From a virus: a stretch of 64,000 nt of DNA. Position 1 is the first letter of the stretch. Every line of letters begins with the position of its first letter. Below are positions 60,001 to 64,000 of this stretch, piece after piece. The position numbers and the translations under genes are program-made. The stretch covers positions 64,001 through 128,000 of IMG/VR virus record IMGVR_UViG_3300050821_010639. One strand, given 5' to 3'. The notes beneath the pieces were generated by a model. That model ran no database searches, was not told the origin of the DNA, and saw nothing but the letters and a program-made list of their open reading frames with translations.

Positions 60001-62781
60001 GAACTTGGCGACGATGACGCCCAGGGAGTCGAACCCCTGGCCGATGAGCGCGAGGTCCCTGGCGCCGACCGCCAGGAAATTCTGCAGCCCGCCTCCGCCG
60101 CCTTGCAGGGCGACGACGACCTTGGCGGCGAACCTGTCCAGGTAACTGCCGGTCTGGTTGATGAGCTGGCCGAGGACGCCGGTCTTGTTGCCCGCCGCGG
60201 TCAGGTAGTCACCGAGCAGCTCGTAGACCTGCGGGCGGACCGCGTTCTCCAGCTTCTGGAAGTTGCTGGTCAGCGGCGGGATCGTGGTGTTAAGGGCATT
60301 GCCGACCGTGCTCAGGCTCTGCCACTGCTGGAAGATCTCCTTGAACGACTGGTAGCCGGCCGCGCCGAACGCGATGAGCCCGGCCCCTGCCGTGACCAGG
60401 GCGGGCACCCACAGGGCCAGCACCTCGACAACGCTGTCCAGCAGGATGTGCCAGAGGGCTACCTGGCCGATCATGTGCGTGTCGCCCAGCAGGCCCGACC
60501 ACAACTGGACCTGCGTCCGCAGCAGGCCGATGCGCCAGCCCATGTTGACGGCGGCGTCGCTGTCGGCCTTCATCGCGGCGGCGGCCTTGGCCGCCGGGTC
60601 GGCCAGCCCGCCGAGCCCGGCCTTGACGTCGTACAGGGCGCGGCCGGCATCGGTCGCGGACTGGTCCGCGTCGCGCATCGCCTGGGCGATCTGCTCCCAC
60701 GCGCGCGACTCGTCCGGGTCGGGCACGTCACCGCCGGGGTCGCCCGGAGGCGGCCCCCCGCCACCGCCGCCGCCGGAGGCGCCGCCCATGCCGGCGGTGA
60801 CGCGGTTCTCCGCCGCGCGTGCCTCTTCCAGCTCGCGGACCCAGCTGGCCAGCTCCGCCTTGGCCGCGTCGTCACCGAAGCTGGCGTAGAACTCGTACTT
60901 GCGCTGGACCGCCTCGATGAGCGCGCTCATCCACCGGGACAGCCCGCTCTCGGCGCCGGTGTCCTCGAAGTCGGCGCGGGTGCCCACCTCGCGCTCAATG
61001 TCCTGGATGTCGCGGCTGTAGTCGCGGACCTCCTCCGACGCGCCGCTGGAGTCAACCACCAGGATGGTGTCCACCTCGTGCGGGATGTCGCGCAGGCCCT
61101 CGTCCAGCCCCTCGGCTGCCATCCGGGCCTGCTCGACCTCCTCGAAGTCGACCCCGAGCCGGGCCTGCGCGTGCTCGTTCAGGTGCGCCAGCTCGCTGGC
61201 CAGCAGCTGGGCCTCGGTAACCCCCTGCACGAGGCTGCCGTCCTCGATCTCCGGGCGGGCCGGGTGGTCGTCCAGCCACTCCATCTCAACGGCGATCTTG
61301 TCCAGCACCTGCTCGGCTGCCGTGCCGCCCTGGACAGCTACCTTCTCAGTGGCCGTGCCGCCCTGCATGTACTTGCTCAGGCCGGACCACAGCTCCTCTT
61401 CCTCCGCCGGGCGGGCGACGACCTGCATGGGCGCGGGCACCGGGTAGCCGCGCGGGGCGTCGGAGATGACCCCCTCGCGCAGCGCCCCCGCGACGTCCTG
61501 CAGCCCGTAGAGGTCGGCGAGGTTCTGGTTGCGCTGCCCGGGAGTGACAGGAGCTGCCCGCTTGCCCCGGCCGCCGCGCTGCGGGACGAACCGGGCGCCG
61601 GCCTCCGACAGCAGCTGCTCGGCCGCGGCGAGCCGCCCCAGGCCCTGCTCCAGCGCGCGGGCGTCAACCGCGGCGAGCGCGAGCGAGTCCTGGAACTTGG
61701 CGATGGCGTCGGCGGAGACCGCGGTCTTGTCATTCAGCAGCGCCATCGAGCCCGCGAGCGCGCCGGTGCCGTCGGACGCGGCGGACAGCGCCTCTCCCGA
61801 CAGGGGGCCTGGTCCTGACCCGGTGACGGCCAGCGGGGCGCGCAGCGCCTCCGGGCGGGCTCCGGCGACCGCCTGGGACAGCGCGCGGTTGACCGCCGCG
61901 TAGTCGATGTCCGGCCGCACGGAGACCGGCACCGTGGCGTGCTGCGGCGTGAGCGGGACACCGCCGAGGCGCGAGGCCACCGACACGATGTCCACCCGCT
62001 CGGAGCCCGGCAGCCCGAGTAGCGCCGCCCGGTAGGCGGCGAGCTGCGACATCGCCTGGCCGTCATCGAGCACCGCCTTGGTGACCACCGTGTCCGGCAG
62101 CCCGACCAGCGCCGCGCTGTAGGCGTTGAGCGCGCCCAGCCCCTCGCCGAGGCTGCCCGCCGTGGCGTGCGTGCCCTGCAGCGCGTTGGCGTGCGCGAGC
62201 AGCAGCTGGGTCTCGGCGCTGATGGCCGCGCTGCGGTCGCGGATAGCCGCCGACAGCGAGGCGGTCTGCATGGTCTCGCGCTGCAGGAAGCCCAGGTACT
62301 GGTCAGCGGTCTGGTAGCCGGCGAAGTGCGCCCGGTTCTCCAGCAGGGCGAGGTTGTACATCTGCTGGCGGTAGGACATGGCCTGCTGGACCGAGGAGAA
62401 GCCGAGCCAGTGCTGCCGGTTGAGCAGGGTGGTGTAGTTCAGCTCCTGACTCAGGTCACTCAGGTGCTGGGTCATGTCGTTCCGGCCGCCGTACAGCAGC
62501 TGGGTGTTAGTCGACTTGGCCGACTGGGCCAGCTGGGACAGGGCCGTCGTCTGCTGCTGGATGGCCTGGACGTCCCTGGCCCGCGCGGCAGCCGCCTGGG
62601 TAGAGCCCGTCACCTCGGCCGCGGTCTCCGCCTTGACCGCGTCCGACATGCCCTGCAGCGCGGCCTTGGCCTCGGCCGCATCCCGCATCAGGCTGCCGAA
62701 GTCACCTGAATGTTAAACCGATCGCTTTGTAAATTACGTACCAAAGCGATCTAACCAATATTCTGGTCCCTCATAAGCCAC
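53989..62781 (-). CDS. Tape measure protein with C-terminal lytic transglycosylase domain; 5' end may need recoding
   Basis: 2899-aa Ala/Gly-rich ORF from 62688 with Trp-periodic repeats; EAGWNLNAQNPTSDAYGIAQF SLT motif; upstream extension to GTG 62781 inferred. Confidence 0.9.
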
Positions 62782-63505
62782 AGCTGCGGCTCAGAGGCTC
62801 AGAATAAGGCGTCATGAGCACCACCCCCTTCCGCATGAAGGGGCGCGAGCCCAGGTAATCAGGGAACCGCCAGGCCTGCCCGGTCTTTTCAGCCAGCCCG
62901 ACCATCTGGTTGCAGGCATGGCACAACAGCCCGCGAATGCACTTCTTGCAGCAGTGCGTCTGCCCGGACTTCTTGGGCGGGCAGCAATTGTGGTCGTGGT
63001 CTACACAGAGGTACACGACACCCTTGCGAGTCTCCGGGCCGCCGTGAAGGGCGCACACGCCACCCTGCTGTGCTAGCAGCCAGGCGTACTCCTCCTGCGT
63101 GATGCCCATGCGCTTGAGCGCCCAGGCCCGGTACTCGCCGTTCCGCCGGCCTTTACGCGGCTCGCTCCAGCACTCGGTGCACCGCGACATACGCCCGCCT
63201 GGCTGTGTCGGCTTGCTCAGGTGGTACTGCTCCCAGGGCTTGTACTTGCCGCAGCTAGAGCACTCGCGCCCGTCAGGATCAATGCGGAACCCAGTGCCTC
63301 GATGACGCTCGGGGACATACGCGGGAGTTGGTCGTGCATAAGTCCCTGGCTTGCGCCGGGGAATGCCGAACTTGTCCAGCCGGTACCAGACGGCGGCCTG
63401 AGAGCAGCCGATCTCAGCAGCGATGTCCGGTGTAGACCTGGCCTGACTGACGTACTGCTCGTGAAGCCAAGCCTTGTCGGCGAGCAGTGAGAGATTACGT
63501 TCCAT
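62771..63505 (-). CDS. Endonuclease VII-type HNH nuclease with N-terminal HTH
   Basis: CAL...VDHDH...IRGLLCHACN; lower GC than the flanks. Confidence 0.8.
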   Translation of the reverse strand: MERNLSLLADKAWLHEQYVSQARSTPDIAAEIGCSQAAVWYRLDKFGIPRRKPGTYARPTPAYVPERHRGTGFRIDPDGRECSSCGKYKPWEQYHLSKPTQPGGRMSRCTECWSEPRKGRRNGEYRAWALKRMGITQEEYAWLLAQQGGVCALHGGPETRKGVVYLCVDHDHNCCPPKKSGQTHCCKKCIRGLLCHACNQMVGLAEKTGQAWRFPDYLGSRPFMRKGVVLMTPYSEPLSRSCGL

Positions 63506-63538
63506 GCTCTCTACTACGTGCAAAGCTCTAGCCATCTC

Positions 63539-64000
63539 TCACCCTCCCCTCCCCGGCATCGGCGGCGGACCTCCCATAAGGCTTAGGAAGGCTTCATAGC
63601 TTCCGGCCCCGTTGTCCGCCTCCACCCCGGCGTCAGGGTTGGCGGCTACCTTGCCGAAGCGCGGGTCGTCCTCCACCCGGTCAGCGACCTTGGGGCCGCG
63701 GATGCGGTCAAGCTCCTGCTCCTCGGGGCTCTTGCCGCCGAAGATGTCGATGGACTGTGCCATCTCAACCAGCGGGTTCCTGCCGCCGGTCTTCGACGTG
63801 TCCACCATCGCCTGCGCCCCGATGAACTGGCACACCATCTTCACCTGCCACTCAGCCAGCCTCAGCCGGGCCTTGTTCTCCCGGCCGCGCCGCGACTCCG
63901 CCGCCTCCAGGCACTGCCGGACCCGGCACAGCGGGAGGCCTAGGACGTACTCGTCGGTCCACCCGTACTCGTGGCTGAGGACGTCGAACGCCGCCGCGAA
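63539..64000 (-). CDS. Tail assembly chaperone (partial, runs off the window)
   Basis: Open frame from the window edge FAAAFDVLSHEYGWTDEYVLGLP...; upstream of TMP. Confidence 0.6.
   Translation of the reverse strand, partial: FAAAFDVLSHEYGWTDEYVLGLPLCRVRQCLEAAESRRGRENKARLRLAEWQVKMVCQFIGAQAMVDTSKTGGRNPLVEMAQSIDIFGGKSPEEQELDRIRGPKVADRVEDDPRFGKVAANPDAGVEADNGAGSYEAFLSLMGGPPPMPGRGG

Noticed and set aside
55975-61818. 1947-aa plus-strand ORF (also 45972..49712, 7091..8779, 37650..39290)
   Set aside because: Antisense or alternate-frame shadows of real genes caused by high GC3; low-complexity Arg/Gly/Pro composition.
62700-63535. HNH gene as part of a group I intron in the TMP gene
   Set aside because: Flanking non-coding sequence is too short for a ribozyme core and no P7 motifs were seen.

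Overview
High-GC actinobacterial (probably mycelial actinomycete) siphovirus-like genome segment, almost all coded on the minus strand. Right part (43.4-64 kb): tail module with tail assembly chaperone, an inserted EndoVII/HNH nuclease, a ~2900-aa tape measure protein with a lytic transglycosylase domain, Dit-like and minor tail proteins, a 1797-aa tail fibre-like protein and an SGNH hydrolase. Middle (37-45 kb): a Streptomyces plasmid/AICE-type transfer module (GntR/KorSA-like regulator, Xis-like HTH, DUF2637 membrane protein, TraB/FtsK-like translocase) and a DivIVA-like protein. Left (2.8-36 kb): dozens of small accessory genes arranged as promoter-leader-gene(s)-terminator cassettes. Each promoter carries the palindrome CTTGAC-N4-GTCAAG (about 25 intact copies counted by eye), and many leaders carry the boxes GGCAACCGA and AGGGCAGGCA instead of a normal Shine-Dalgarno. 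Top finding: a ~550-nt highly structured, apparently non-coding RNA (about 24465->23918, just downstream of an ECF sigma factor domain) whose terminal hairpin loop (AUCUCGGUUGCCUGCCCUGC) is complementary to both leader boxes, suggesting an RNA-guided system acting on 20 or more phage mRNAs. Second: the natural 5' end of the tape measure gene seems to need two UUA-associated translational hops between matched codons. All protein calls come from motif recognition by eye; no database searches or folding programs were run.
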